DNA of 64,000 nt, from assembly GCF_009914755.1 (NCBI RefSeq), contig NC_060947.1, one strand, 5' to 3'. The notes under the pieces were generated by a model, which was given only the letters and a program-made list of their open reading frames with translations, made no database searches and was not told the DNA's origin. The stretch is from the human T2T-CHM13v2.0 reference genome, Homo sapiens. Position numbers and translations under genes: made by a program. Positions 45,471 through 62,499 of this stretch are shown here, piece by piece (position 1 is the stretch's first letter; each line of letters starts with the position of its first letter).

Positions 45471-46217
45471 TTTTTCCCCTAAAAGCCATCATTGCTAAGT
45501 ATTCTGGTTGATTCTTTCTCCTGGTTTTCATTTTATTAAGTGGCTGTGGCACAAAACACAGGCGACTGAAGTGAAAGCAATTACAATTTTCGACATCTGC
45601 CAAGAAATATAGTCTTTGGCATGCATTTGTACTAGTCACCCACTTTTGGGCAACAGAGAGTCTTTCCAAATTCAAAGACCCAGACGAATCTTTTTCTGGA
45701 CCGCATTATATCCTGAATAAGAAGGAGCCATCTGTCCTTGGGCCTGGTTCCCCAGAGGACTATATACAACACAAATCCACCAATAAAATTGAAAGAGCCT
45801 TCCAAGATGTTACAGAAGCCAATTGTTGTAGTACACATTGCATCAGTTTGCATGCAATAACACATTGCATCAATTTTCATGCAGAAAAATATCTACCAGA
45901 ACTGTATTTTAAGGTTTTAAGAAGGCAGTAGAACACAGAGGAGTATGAAAAGCAGGTCACGAAAAATTGGGTTCCAGAAAATATTTATGATTTCACAAGT
46001 CAGAAATCTGTTGGGTATGGAAAAAATGAACTGAAAGTTTATAAATGCTCGAGAGACCTCATCTTGAATACAGGAGATTGAATTAAATAGCTTAGAAAAG
46101 GAAAAATATAAAACGGCCATTCAGTTTTGCCCTAAATGGTTCTAATGGTTGAAAGCCAGGGTTTTCTTTTCATGCAGAAATAAAGACATCAAAACTAAAT
46201 TAGAAGTCTTCAAAATA

Positions 46218-46657
<440 letters not shown>

Positions 46658-46800
46658 TTAATTAAACTAAGAGAAAACTAAGTAATTTCCTGTTCCTACC
46701 CCTGCATTTCCTCTCTTCTATCTCCGGACCAACTACAGATTTAGACTAACCATATACAGTTTGGGTTCTAATAACGTTTTTACCCTTCATGAGTTCATGA

Positions 46801-47129
<329 letters not shown>

Positions 47130-47209
47130 TAATAACATTTTTACCCTTAATGAATATAATCTTCCCAATTCAGATGAAATGAGGTATAGATACAAGCAAA
47201 GTCAGGGAC

Positions 47210-47500
47210 ATTTTTTTCAGACAGTATCTTGCTCTGTTGTCCAAGATGGAGTGCTATGGCATAATCACGGCTCACTGCAGCCTCAATTTCCCAGGGTTCA
47301 AGTGATCCTCCCACCTCAGACTCCTGGGTAGCTGGGACTACAGGCATATGCCACCATGCCGAGCTAATTTTTGTATTTTTTGTAGAGATGGGGTTTTGCC
47401 ATGTTGCTCAGGCTGGTCTCAAACTCACAGGGTCAAGCAATCTGCCTGTGTCAGCCTCCCAAAGTGTTGGGATTACAGGCATGAGGCACCATGCCCAGTG
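47210..47500 (-). mobile_element. AluJ
   Basis: Diverged Alu, TTTTTTTCAGACAGTATCTTGC...GAGGCACCATGCCCAG. Confidence 0.85.
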
Positions 47501-48279
47501 GGATATTTTTGGAAAATATTGTCAATATATCTCATATTCAAATTTTCATCTTCCTACTTTAACTTAAGTTTGGCATGAAATGACTTTATTAATGTCAGTC
47601 TTTTCAAAGTAAACTGAAAGAACTATTCGAAAAATTACAGTTCTCAAGAAAGCTGAGGCCTCCTCCTTAGTGACATTATCTCAAGAAGAAAATTATTTGC
47701 TTCACACTTTTGGCGCAGGGATAATTCTATAGGAAAGAATTTGCAACAGTTTAATTACCCTTTTGTGATAATTTAAAAAGAAGACTACTTGAGATTTTAG
47801 CTGTGCCACAGAATGCCAAATATTTTAGTGTAGGTCTTGTTTTGTTACTATGTAAGAGATTTAAGATTAATGTTTTATCATACTTTACACTTACAAGGAA
47901 CGGAATATCCTCGTGCTTCTCACTGACTGCAGGCATACACCCTATAAAATGTTGAGGCAGATATTCCCAGGGCTTCAATTTCTCATTGGAATTTAAAGCT
48001 TTCGAAAGTGTCATTAATTCTTTCTCAGTTGATTCCTGCAGGGAGGCTGATCTGTTCCAGGCCTTTCTCAGAAAGAAAGAAAATAATTAACTAATTAACA
48101 ATAATTAGAAGTGATCTTGATTGTTAAGATTTAAAAAAATGTTAACGACCTCTGAAAATTAAAAAAAAAGGGCTTTGAGCTTAGAACATAGAGACCATAG
48201 AGGTCACAAAAGGAATTATTGCTAGCATACCCACAACTAAGGTCAATATTGATAAGAAGGATAAGAAGTTTGTGTCTTA

Positions 48280-48470
48280 TCCAAGGACTCTCATAAACTC
48301 ATGATTCCTCATCTTTAAAATGGGGATGATCATAGTATGTGCCTCACTTGATATGCGGACTAAGGCACCTTAGGTATGGGATATAAGGAATCGTGTATGA
48401 GGACAAAGCACCTGTAACAGTGCCTGGCACATAGTAAGCAACATGTAAGTATTGCCTACTATTATTGTAA
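48280..48470 (+). mobile_element. MIR
   Basis: TTCCTCATCTTTAAAATGGGGATGAT...AACAGTGCCTGGCACATAGTAAGCA. Confidence 0.75.
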
Positions 48471-49479
48471 AATAATATGTTTAGCATTCTAAGAATTTTG
48501 TTTTATTTCCTATCAAGTTTTTATATTTATGTGCAGGTACTTAAAGTGTCTTTTGAACAATATGCTGAGTTAGGTTTGCACTTCTAAGCGTTTATATTTT
48601 GGTTACATTTTGCATAAAATAAATTGTTTATTCTGAGATAGACTATAAGTGGTTGAGTAGTTTGTGAGAGATATTATTGCATTGTTTTTGTTATTCAGTC
48701 ATATTAGAACCTAAAAATATCTGTATGGTACATGGAGTTAGATGTCTGTCCTCTTTTTACAGATCTCTAGGGACAAGATCCCATCCCACTCTTCTTTTTC
48801 AGGATAATCAAAAACCTTATGGTATTCAAGAAGTTCCACAATAGTTTAAATGTGAATATTCAGTTCTATGTCCTTCCAAATCCTTACTCCTACTCATTTT
48901 ATTGCATTTATAATGAGTTTTAAATGCAATTTCTTCCCTGTTATATGCATATGTTTGAAGGAAATAAAGTTTAAAAATACCATTACAGTGAAATGTTTTA
49001 CAAAATCAAAAAGATTCCTAATCCCAGCCAATTAACCACTTAGGTTAGGTAATATTGAAGTTGACCCACCTCATTACAGCAAAAATAATTTTCTACTTTA
49101 TGGGAATTCATTGTAATAGGATGTTTGATAGATAAATAGACTTTCATTCTATTTGTAAAAATTAATTTTAGAAGTTTAAAAATAAGCACTTAAACCAATG
49201 TACATGTCTATTAGAGGCATAGCGTAGAAAATGAATACCCCTTTTCTTTCTCTCATTTAGAAAATAGCACTGCTTAACTTCCAACAATATATTAAATAGA
49301 TTATGACATTTTGTTTCATCTGCACTTAATGAATTACATGAAGATTTAATCACAAAAAAGAGTGTTTTGCCCATTTCTTCTTATTCACAAGTTTTATTAT
49401 GGAAAAAATATAACTATTCTTTACGCTCAAGATTATTTAGTTCATCACTGGAACATTTGGAATTTTTAAAATAAGCAAA

Positions 49480-49570
49480 TGAGAGGTTGCAATGAGCTGA
49501 AATCACATCACTGCATTCCAGCCTGGGCGGCCAGGGGAGACCCTGTCTCCAAAAAAAAAAAAGAAAAGCA
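49480..49570 (+). mobile_element. Alu 3' fragment
   Basis: GAGGTTGCAATGAGCTGA...CCAGCCTGGGC...CCCTGTCTC plus an A-tail. Confidence 0.8.
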
Positions 49571-50182
49571 AACAAAATGTTTCATATATTCTTCTAGCAG
49601 TATCAAAGAAAAGAAATTGCCAAGATCCTTTTAAATTCTGAATAAATATGGCTTTCTGACCATGCCAATTAATAGCGCCATGAGCGCATCAACCAAACCC
49701 ATAAATGGGCTTACATAATACATAATAATAATTCAATCATATTATAGAATTGATCATAAGATTTGCAGAAAAATTAAATGGACCAACACATTTATCATGT
49801 TCTGGTACGTTAATCTGAATGTGCTTATGAATATTCAGATACAAACATATAAATGAGTATAGGAATGCATACTTACATAAAACATGTACACCAACACATC
49901 AAAATTGACAAAGCAGTCTATGCAAATTTTCTTAGTCGGTCTTTAATCCACAGGAAATGAAACTATTATTACTTTAAGAAGAGATAATCCATTGCATTGG
50001 TATGAGGGAGAGGGAGGGTATGGGGTAGAAGAAAGAAGTGAATTCTTCCTCTCTTCTCAGAAAACACTGGAAAATTTCCTCCCACTCCCAAGTTTATAAC
50101 TATTTAATTCAAAACTATAAGCAGGAAAATGGAATAGCTTGAGCCAAATTTTCTTCAATATTTGCCAATTAGAGATCAGAAG

Positions 50183-50400
50183 TTCATTCATTCATTCATT
50201 CATTCAGATACTGAGTATATATACTAGGTGCTGGGTTTACAGTGATAAACAAAAAGCATAGTACTTACCTTAAAGGAAATTGAAATCTTGTAGAGAACCA
50301 CAGACAATAAACACACAGACACACACACACACACGCACACACACAAAAAGAACTATTATCTAATGTTTTAATTAAATAATTATAAAATGGCTAAGGAATT
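50183..50400 (-). mobile_element. L2 3' end with (TTCA)n tail and an embedded (CA)n
   Basis: TTCATTCATTCATTCATTCATTCAG..TACTGAG..TAGGTGCTGGG..ACAGTGATAAAC. Confidence 0.7.
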
Positions 50401-50642
50401 TGGTAAATTTGAGTTTACTAGTCCGTATTTCCCATACGTAAACTTGATGCGTGATCTTTAGATGGCCATTTTCATTCATTGTAGTCACAATTCTTAGAAC
50501 ATGACCATGTGCATCAGAATTTCTTGATTTTTGGATCAGCATTCAAAACTCACTGTTCCGTGTGATCTTTCTTTTAGAAAGACAAATTCTACTACTAAGC
50601 CCCAAGGTCTATCCATTATTGTCCAGACAAATAATACTTTTC

Positions 50643-51755
50643 CATTTTTGGTTTTATTTTTATTTTAATTTTTTTATTTTACTTTAAGTTCTGGATACAT
50701 GTGCAGAACGTGCAAGTTTGTTACATAGGTAAATGTGTGTCATGGTAGTTTGCTGCACCTATCAACCTGTCACCTAGGTATTAAGCACCACATGCATCAG
50801 CTATTTGTCCTGATGTTCTCCCTCCCCTCACCCACACCAACAGACCCTAGTGTGTGTTGTTCCCTTCACTGTGGCCATGTGTTCTCGTTGTTCAGCTCCC
50901 ACTTATGAGTGAAAACGAGGTGTTTGGTTTTCTGTTCCTGTGTTAGTTTGCTGAGGATGATGACTTCCAGCTTCATCCATGTCCCTGCAAAGGACATGAT
51001 CTCATTCCTTTTTTTGGCTGCATAGTATTCCATGGTATATATGTACCACATTTTCTTTATCCACTCAATCATTGATGGGCATTTGGGTTGATCTCATGTC
51101 TTTGGTATTGTGAATAGTGCTGCAATAAACATACGTGTGCATGTATTTTTATAATAGAATGATTTATATTCCCTTGGGTATACCCAGTAGTGGAATTGCT
51201 GGGTCAAATGGTATTTCTGGTTCTAGATCCTTGAGGAATTGCCACACTATCTTCCACAATGGTTGAACTAATTTCATTCCCACCAACAGTGTAAAAGCAT
51301 TCCTATTTCTCCACAACCTCACCAGCATCTACTGTTTCTTAACTTTTTAATCATCACTATTCTGACTGGTGTGAGATGGTATCTCATTGCGGTTTTGATT
51401 TGCATTCCTCTAATGATCAGTGATGTTGAGCTTTTATTCATATGTTTGTTGTCTGCATAAATATCTTCTTTTGAGAAGTGTCTGTTCATATCCTTTGCCC
51501 CATTTTTGATGGGGTTGTTTGTTTTTCACTTGTTCATTTAAGTTCCTTTTAAATGCTAGATATTAGACATATGTCAGATGGGTAGATTGCAGAAATTTTC
51601 TCCCATTCTGTAGGTGGCGTGTTCAGTCTGATGATAGGATTTGTGTGTGTGTGCTGTGCAGGAGCTCTTTAGTTTAATTGGATCCCATTTTTCAATTTTT
51701 GCTTTTGTTGCAGTTGCTTTTGGTGAATTCATCATAAAATTTTTGCCCATGCCTA
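50643..51755 (-). mobile_element. L1PA7/8-type LINE-1, 5'-truncated
   Basis: ORF2 C-terminal peptides (ORFs 50866..51072 and 51574..51762) and an older L1PA 3'UTR; TSD CAGACA(A/T)ATAATACTTTTC at 50624-50642 and 51756-51774. Confidence 0.9.
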
Positions 51756-52924
51756 CAGACATATAATACTTTTCTAAAGATCATCTTGTTATTGTTTTCA
51801 TCATGATCCCATACATTAATATATTTATCTCAGCCAGTCTAGAAGACAGAGTGAGATTTTGCACCATCTTTAAAAAAAATTATTTAAGAGTGAGGCTCCT
51901 TGGAGGACATTGACGTGTTACTGATCTAATCTCTATACTTTCAGTTATTTGAAGCTATGCATCACTGTCTTCTTTTTGTTTCTTGGACATAGGACAATTA
52001 ACTTTTCATAGGAAATGTTCCTAGATCAATTAATAGTCTTCAAATAGTTTTCAAATCAAATAGTCCTCAAAGAATAATCTTTTCATTACATTTATTAGCT
52101 GTATTATCCTATTCCCACCCTCCTTTAATGGGAGATTATTATGGATTTTCATACTTATCTTTCTCTTTCATTCATAGGGAGTACGGGATTGAAAGTCAGG
52201 AGATCTGGTATCTAGATCTGGCTCTATTATTGAATAATGCATAAACACAGAAAAATCAGTAAACAACACCTTAGGCTTTTTTTTTTATTTATTCATCCAT
52301 CCATCCATCCATCCATTAATTCAGCCAATATATATTAAGCACTTACTACTTTGTATTATACACTCTTCTAATCATTGCAGCTAGAGTGGTGAATATAAAC
52401 AGACATAAAGCTTATATTCATGGGAGAAGAGAGACAATAAATAAAATAAAGGAGTCAGTATAGAGTAAGTTAGATGTTAGTGAGTGCTATGAAAAAAAAT
52501 AAAATGGTGAGAATAGCGAGTATCAGAGAGAGAGAGAGAAGTATGTACAGTGTTTTGTTAGTGATGCCTGTACAAGATCACTTGATCATGATCAGTGATT
52601 TTAGTATTTGATTAGTGTTTGTGACAACTTTAAAAGTCTATGCTTTACTGTTTCCTGCCTCAATCAGAAAATAACATGAAAATAGCAAAAGCTTAAGGAA
52701 GACTCACTAATATTTCAAACCCCAAAATTATATAACCAAAATGCCTGCACCTTATTTCTAGATGTGTTCTTTGTTGCTTGTGTAAAAGGCAGGCAATAAT
52801 AAACACCTATTATGCTTGTTTTTGCTAATTTATGGCTACCTCTTTTAAGCAGCAGAATACAATCTGGTAATATTCTAAGGATGTGTTCTTCTTCAATTTA
52901 CTGTTGAGTTTAGCCACATGTCTT

Positions 52925-54383
<1,459 letters not shown>

Positions 54384-56699
54384 CTATCCTGGATCTACGT
54401 CAAACAGACCAACTCACCACAAATCAAAGATCTATGTTCCAGACTGGAAGGATTTTTCTCATATTTGTTGTGCTGACAGAGAGCTGTTGTTTCTCAGCTA
54501 AGAATACTGGGTGTTGGGATTGAAGGAACATAATACCTTAGAGCTAATGTTGTTGCTGTTGTTTTCCCTTGAGTTTTCTTCTTAAGATATATAGCATATA
54601 TAGATATAGAGATAAACTTGGATACCTTCCTGCCAAGATCTTAGGATACTTATTTACAAAGAGAGAATTTTCGGGAATGGCCTAAGTAGCTGCAAACATC
54701 TGAGAGATGCAATGAATGCTAGAGGTGTGATTTGCTAATTATTGCCACTTTTGAAATTCTAATTCACATAAAGATTAAGTGTTGGGTATAGGAAAACCGC
54801 AGAAAACTTCTTGGATTTGTAGAAGTGTCTGTAAAGTCTGATTCAAACAACTCAGGACAAATAAAAACTAAAAATAAATTTGCAGAAGCTCAGGATTGGG
54901 TATTTTACATGTATAATCTCTGTAGCACATAACCTGGCAGTGTGAATTCCGTTTTGGACAGGTAAGGCTGTTAAATGCAGCAGAGGTCGCTGAAAGGATC
55001 TGCATTTGACACTTTGGAGATGGATATGCATGGATTCTGATCCTAATTCCTGTTACTTAATGTCTATATTACTTTAATCAGTTCTTAAACTTATCTGAAC
55101 CTCACCTTCTAAAACATCTATAAACTGCAGAGGAGGCAAACTGCATTTAGTTATGAATAGCAGGCACCACATGCTCCACACCACAGGGCCATCTAATAAA
55201 TTTCTCAGATATAAATACAATTGTTTTCTTTCATTTGGCTCCTTGTGATGTCAAAGGGCTCCCATTCAGACAACAGATCTCTCTTCTCTTTGTCTTCCTA
55301 AGACCTGATCTTCTTGACTCAGTACCTTCTGTGCCTCACTTTCCACTACCCAGTGATCACGTACAAGGGCAAAAGCTACTGTTATCTGAGGATAGAATGC
55401 CCCCGTCACCTCACTGAGGATAAGTCTTTAGTTAGTTGTATCTGGTCATGCAGATGCATATTCCAAGAAAATGTGACTCTCATCTAATAACAGCATAAAT
55501 TAAATTGTTAAGGAGAATGTCCACTGTCGTGAGAAATACTCCTTGGATAAATGTGAGATATCCCTAAAATAATTCATGCTGGTAAGGTTAGTTTCATTGA
55601 AATTGGCTCCAAACATCTGTTTTTGCAAATCTGCAGCTGGAAAAAGGTTGTGATGCAGTAATTTGTCTTGAAAGAAGACATTCTTATTAATGCATAAGCC
55701 AAAGTTAGTTGACTTCCTTTAGCTTACTTTCATTATCACCTTATTTCCTGGCCATAGCTTCTTGCATCTTATAAGCCTTTAGTCAAGCAACATTTTTTTA
55801 AAATAGTATCCTGTTCTGGTAAGACCAATATGTTGTCACCTGAAATCTATTTGGTAATATTTTTGTCTCTCTATATCTTGAATTTTGATGCCTGTAGAGA
55901 CATTCTTTCTGCCAAGTTGTGGATTTCTTTACTCCAATCTACCTGTATTTGTCCTGAGGTAAATTCTTGTGAATACCATTTAATATAGGGTTTTCTAATT
56001 ATTAAGAGTTCAGTTTCACTGATTGGTCAACACTGTGTCTTGAATTTCTAACCTATGCCACAGTGTATATAAACTAAACATCCATGGGCACAGAAGTGGC
56101 CTTCAGATTTTACTTCCTGGCCTTAAAGTAATTAAAGGAAAAATTCCTTGTTGTGCAATCAGGGTTAAATAGGGTTAGTGTCTATAAAGGAGCACATTGT
56201 TCCATAAGTGTTCTCACTTGGGAAGTTGGCAACAAGTATTTAATCAAGCTAAAGAAAAGTTTGCCAAGGCAGACAGTGGGTGACTGAAATAACCTTAGTC
56301 AGACTGGAATGAAGTCTGTTCTCATAAATGGAGTACCTGGCTGTAGCCAAGAACAGTATATATGAAAAAGAATAATTCCTGGGATTTGAGGACTGAACGA
56401 TCAGCAATTAGGGAACAGGCAATGTCTGACTGGGAAACAAGAGTAAAATTAATTTTGTAGTTATTACCTACACCAGATGTTCTGGCGTGCATGTGGTAAA
56501 ATAGAGGTCTTCGGAAATCACAAATTTTGGTAAGAACATTTGCTTACTTCATGTGGTTTCAAACAAGTATAAATATAAATCTTGCTGTAGATTAGTAGTA
56601 TTAGTATTAACATTGCCCTGTTAATCTCATTGAGCCTATAAGAATGATTTGGACAGCTCTATATTCCTCAGATAATTAGGAAGACAATTACTAGTTTAT

Positions 56700-56880
56700 A
56701 CTCAGAGTCTTAGAACTAGAAGAGACCTTAAAATTCAAAGCGCTCTGTTCCTTCATTTTGCAGATCTGGAAACCAAGGCTTAGTGAGGTGAATTGATTGT
56801 TCTAATGACACAGAGCTAAGTATTATGAAAGCCAGGAGTGGAGTCCATATCCAGGGTTTGTCCACTGAACCAGACCACAG
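56700..56880 (-). mobile_element. MIR
   Basis: TTCATTTTGCAGATCTGGAAACCAAGGCTTAGTGAGGTGAA. Confidence 0.65.
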
Positions 56881-58199
56881 TCCTTTACAATCAAGAGAAC
56901 CCTAGGCACTTAGGGCTTCTCAAGAATACCTGGCCTTGGTTATGCCAAGAACTTATTAATCTGATAAATTCACAGTGTTTGGGGTATTAATGTCAGAAAA
57001 TCATGTAATTATTGATTTTCCCTAGGATGTATGTATTTTAGCATGCTTTAAACATTCATGCTTTAATGTCTAAAGTGTTCAGTTGCATGTAATAATTTTT
57101 AAAGTGTGGATGTTAGCAGAAGGCTGCATAACTTAACGGGATTTGACTGATGTTTCAGGCCAGAAGTAGGTTGCCTACACAAAGAGAAATTTCAAACAGG
57201 GCTCATAGTCTTTAAATTTAGTTAAGTGAAAACCCATTATGTTTTCTCTGCAATGTTAAAAATGTTATGTTAGTTATCACATAAAAATACTACTTAACCA
57301 TAATATGTTATTGCAGGTCATAGTAAAGACAACACATTATCTTAGCACTGAATAAAAAGCTTTCTCATTCTACACAAATCTACCTTATATGTCTAAATCC
57401 TTGACTCCTAAAACATTAGGAAACATCTCCTGTTAATTAAGTAGCTAATTACTGAATAAAGTATTTTGATAAAGTTATTTCCATAAGGTTAAACAGCCCA
57501 GAGCGCACACACACACATATATATGTACACTTAGGTGCCCCAGGTACGAGTGACACAGAACCATAACACATGATTCCTAACCTTGATGTTTCCAGAAAAA
57601 AAAATAAAAAGCAATGCAGAGTAGTCTAGATCAAGTGACAAAGCTATAATAAGTGCCATATGAAGTAAGAGAAGGGAGAGATGACTAAGAATTAGTCATC
57701 AGAGAGAGGCTTTATTGAGACATTATCAAACTCAAATGACATTTTCTTGAAGTTCAAAGTTACCACTAGTGAATTTCAAGGGATGGAAAACTTTTAACTT
57801 TATGTTCAATATGTTCTCTTAAGATAATATTCTGTAGAGAAACAATTTCTGCCACAACCCACTAAAACCAAATGCTGCTCAAAATTATAAAATAACAGTA
57901 AGATAAATCTCAGCATTGTGAACCCTTTGGCATTTGTTATCATTACTTGTTTCACCCCTTGTGAGTTACAAAGAGTTAGCATGAACCATAAGTCCAAAGG
58001 TCACTCGAAATCCCTCCTCTCTGGAAAAAAAAAAGAATTACTTTAATTACAAAAAAAAGGTATTTTTAGGGATATTTCAAAAATTTTAGTACATATGCAT
58101 TCTTACCACAATGGGCAGAAAAATAAGCCTTTTTCAATATCTTAAATATATACTATAAATAATTCATTAACTAAAAAGGAATAACCAGTAGTATAGACT

Positions 58200-58940
58200 T
58201 GAATTCAGCAGTAGATGTATTCATTCAAGAAGTTAGTACTAAGTAAGACACTTACTTTGAATTACAGAATTTTCTAGGTTCTAGAAAATAAAAGTGAATA
58301 AGTCCACGTCAGTGTTTTCAAGGAATCATATAATTATAATTTGTCTATTTGTATACAAATCATATAATTTGTCTTATTTGTATGTTTATATATATGTACA
58401 TATTCCACTATGATAATATTTGATAAATGCTAAACTAGAGGTATACACAAACTTCTAAGAGGAATATATCAGTTCAGAAGTCTGATTCATTAATTTGTTC
58501 ATTTATTAATTTAACTGATATTCATTTAGGGCCCACTATGTGTGAGGCACTGTTCTAGATGTTTCCCAAAAAAGGTGACTTTTGAGTAGGGTCTTAAAAT
58601 GTAACTGGGTTTTTGAGAGGCAGAAAAGAGGAGATAAGGCTTGATTTTATAGACAGTGGGAATGACATAGGAATTAATGAAAATGTAAGAGTGTGATGTC
58701 ATCAGGGAACCTAGCCCTTTGAGTCAATGTCAGAGGAAGCTGGAAAAGGTGGGTAGATGTTAAATTATAATATGCTTTGAATTTCAACTGAAATTAAAGT
58801 AAATTTGGAGATTATTGTTTGGACCATAGAACACCATATTTTTCCTGTTAAAACTTTTTGAAGCTATAACAGAAATAATATGATTTCTATTTTAGAAAAA
58901 TACATTTTGTGGGAATACTGGATTCAAGTAGAGGAAGACT
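58200..58940. mobile_element. L2 remnants
   Basis: TTCATTTAGGGCCCACTATGTGTGAGGCACTGTTCTAG; GGTGACTTTTGAGTAGGGTCTTAAA. Confidence 0.55.
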
Positions 58941-60214
58941 GAAGGCATTTATCTTTTACCCACATCCATCTTTTATACATTTTCTCAAGCCTTCTCAAAT
59001 CATCATCCTATCTGAAGGACATTTATGCCCCGGAAGTAACTCGTGGCATCAGACTGACCTTGGCCACACTTCAGATTGATGGAGAATGTAAGCATTAGCA
59101 TTTAATTCATTGGCACTTCTTTGGCTAGCCATATATATTTTTTCTTGGCTGTCCTTATTTTTCTCATATATTATGCCAAAGAGCATCTCAGACATCAGTA
59201 GCTGGTAATAAGCTGAAATAGCTCCATGTGTCACTGCAACATTTACGTAAAAATAGATATTACTAGCAGAATCTTTACAGTGTGGTCCTCGCCTTTGCAA
59301 TAAAGACAAAGACCAATCTGGCTTAGAAATCAACTCACAGTATTGGTGATCATATAATATATACTGACTTATCCCATAAGAACAAGTTTCTTTAGCAATT
59401 TATTTAGCTGTCTTCTCACAGAAGCAACTCACATTTCACAATAAGATATGACTCAATAGTCTCTCTGCGCATGCGTGTCAGCCAATAATGCTTAGTCAGA
59501 AGAACTCAAGACAGTCTATGAAGCAGTAGGGAATATAAGGCAGCAGTGAAAGAACTTAGAGAGCCCATTAATAGGAAATGGAGAGCATTTGGCCGTCTTT
59601 ATTGGGAGTGGGGAGAAGCAGACCTGTATATTCACATAGCTACCAAGGCCTAATTCAGGATTTTTTTCCTCAAATGTTATTTCTGATGTTAATATTTTTC
59701 CTCTGGCTTTTCTATGTTGCTTAAGCATACAGTATTAACCCGTAAGCATTTAAAAATACTTGTCTAGATCACATGGAAGAGGTTCCACTCAGAATTGTAC
59801 ATGTTCTCCCAAGGTTCATCCATCATCAGTGTATCCAAGAAAATGTAAGCACTAATTTACCTGGAATCTAAGGATAGAAAGAAATGCAACATCATTCATT
59901 AGTTGCTATAGATAGATGTGGTATCCTGATGTGGTAAAATAAACTCCAATCAGGAGTAATTTTCGTGCATGACTCTGACTATTGGGGATGTATCTGCCTG
60001 CCTATTAACGTGGTGTACTTTACATAGATTTTTTTAATTTTGTGAGTTAGATCTTAGAAAATAAACACTGGCTCCTTAATAGAATTTGAGCATTTGGGGA
60101 CAGCTGTAACCAATCTGACAAATTCTATCAAATAACTTCCTTGTCAGGAAAGCCTGGTTTGAATACACATATTATAAAGGTATTCAATTGAATAACTTTA
60201 ATTGATTCAGTCTT

Positions 60215-60460
60215 TAAAAAATATTTTTAATATTTGTGGGTACATGGTAGATGTGTTCGTTTATGGGGTGTACATGAGATCTTTTGATACAAGAGTACAA
60301 TGCATAATAATCACAACAGGGTGAATGGGGTATCCATCACCTCAAGCATTTATGCTTTCTTTGTGATACAATCTAATTATAATCCTTTAGTTATTTAAAA
60401 ATGTATGATAAATTATTATTGACTGTAGTCACCCTGCTGTGCTATCAAATACTAGATCTT
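60215..60460 (-). mobile_element. L1MA 3' UTR fragment
   Basis: TTGACTGTAGTCACCCTGCTGTGCTATCAAATACTAGATCTTATT; flanking TTGATTCA repeat. Confidence 0.8.
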
Positions 60461-61236
60461 ATTTGATTCAAACTTTTAATCAAATGGTTTAATTAAATCA
60501 TTTTAATTTGAATGATTTAATTTAAATATTAATTTGGTTACATTTTCAAAACCACAAAGAAACAGTCTCTGATGAAAGTAGTAGTGCAATGAGATACAGG
60601 GGCAACAAAGAATTCTCCCCCACTTCAAAAAGGTCCATTTATGAAATTTCTTGCATCATTTTTTCAAGAGATCTGCCTAATAAATTAATTTAAATTGAGG
60701 CACCGTAATTTTGGAATCAGCAACAGGGATTTTGTAATAGAATTATGGGAGCCATTTAGCACTGGCTATGGTGTATTCATATGTGATTTTAATTGCATGA
60801 AGTTCCAAATACAAGATCATGAACTTTCTTATCTATCTCTTTTACTTAACAGATAGGGGCCTCTGGAAGCTAGCTGCAAAGTTCAATCTAATGATACTGT
60901 TAGATACTATGATGGGAAATCATAGATGAGAGCAGGAGCTTTTGCACTGAATTTCTGTGCCATTTCCTGGCACTCATATTAAAATTATAAACTACTTAAA
61001 TCCAAAATGTAGCCATCTTAGAATGTGCCACAGAGTTTTACAATTTTTTCTCAGAAATATGGTTCAGTATTTCCAGAGAGCTAAATTAATTGCTAGAAAC
61101 TCCTCTGACAACCCAACCAAACACAAGCTGTTATGAAGCCCATGATGATAATTAAGACTTAATGAAATTTTGCTCATGATGATGCCTTTAGCTTTATATT
61201 TTCTGGCCTGATTTTATTGCCATGCTATGCTTAGAT

Positions 61237-62379
<1,143 letters not shown>

Positions 62380-62499
62380 TTAGATTCTTTTTGTCCACAT
62401 AGCTGAAAAAAATATTATAATTCCTCTATTTTCACTCTTCCTTTAAGAAAAATAAATCAAGCCACTTAAATATTGCTTATTCACCTGCCTTTTCAAATA

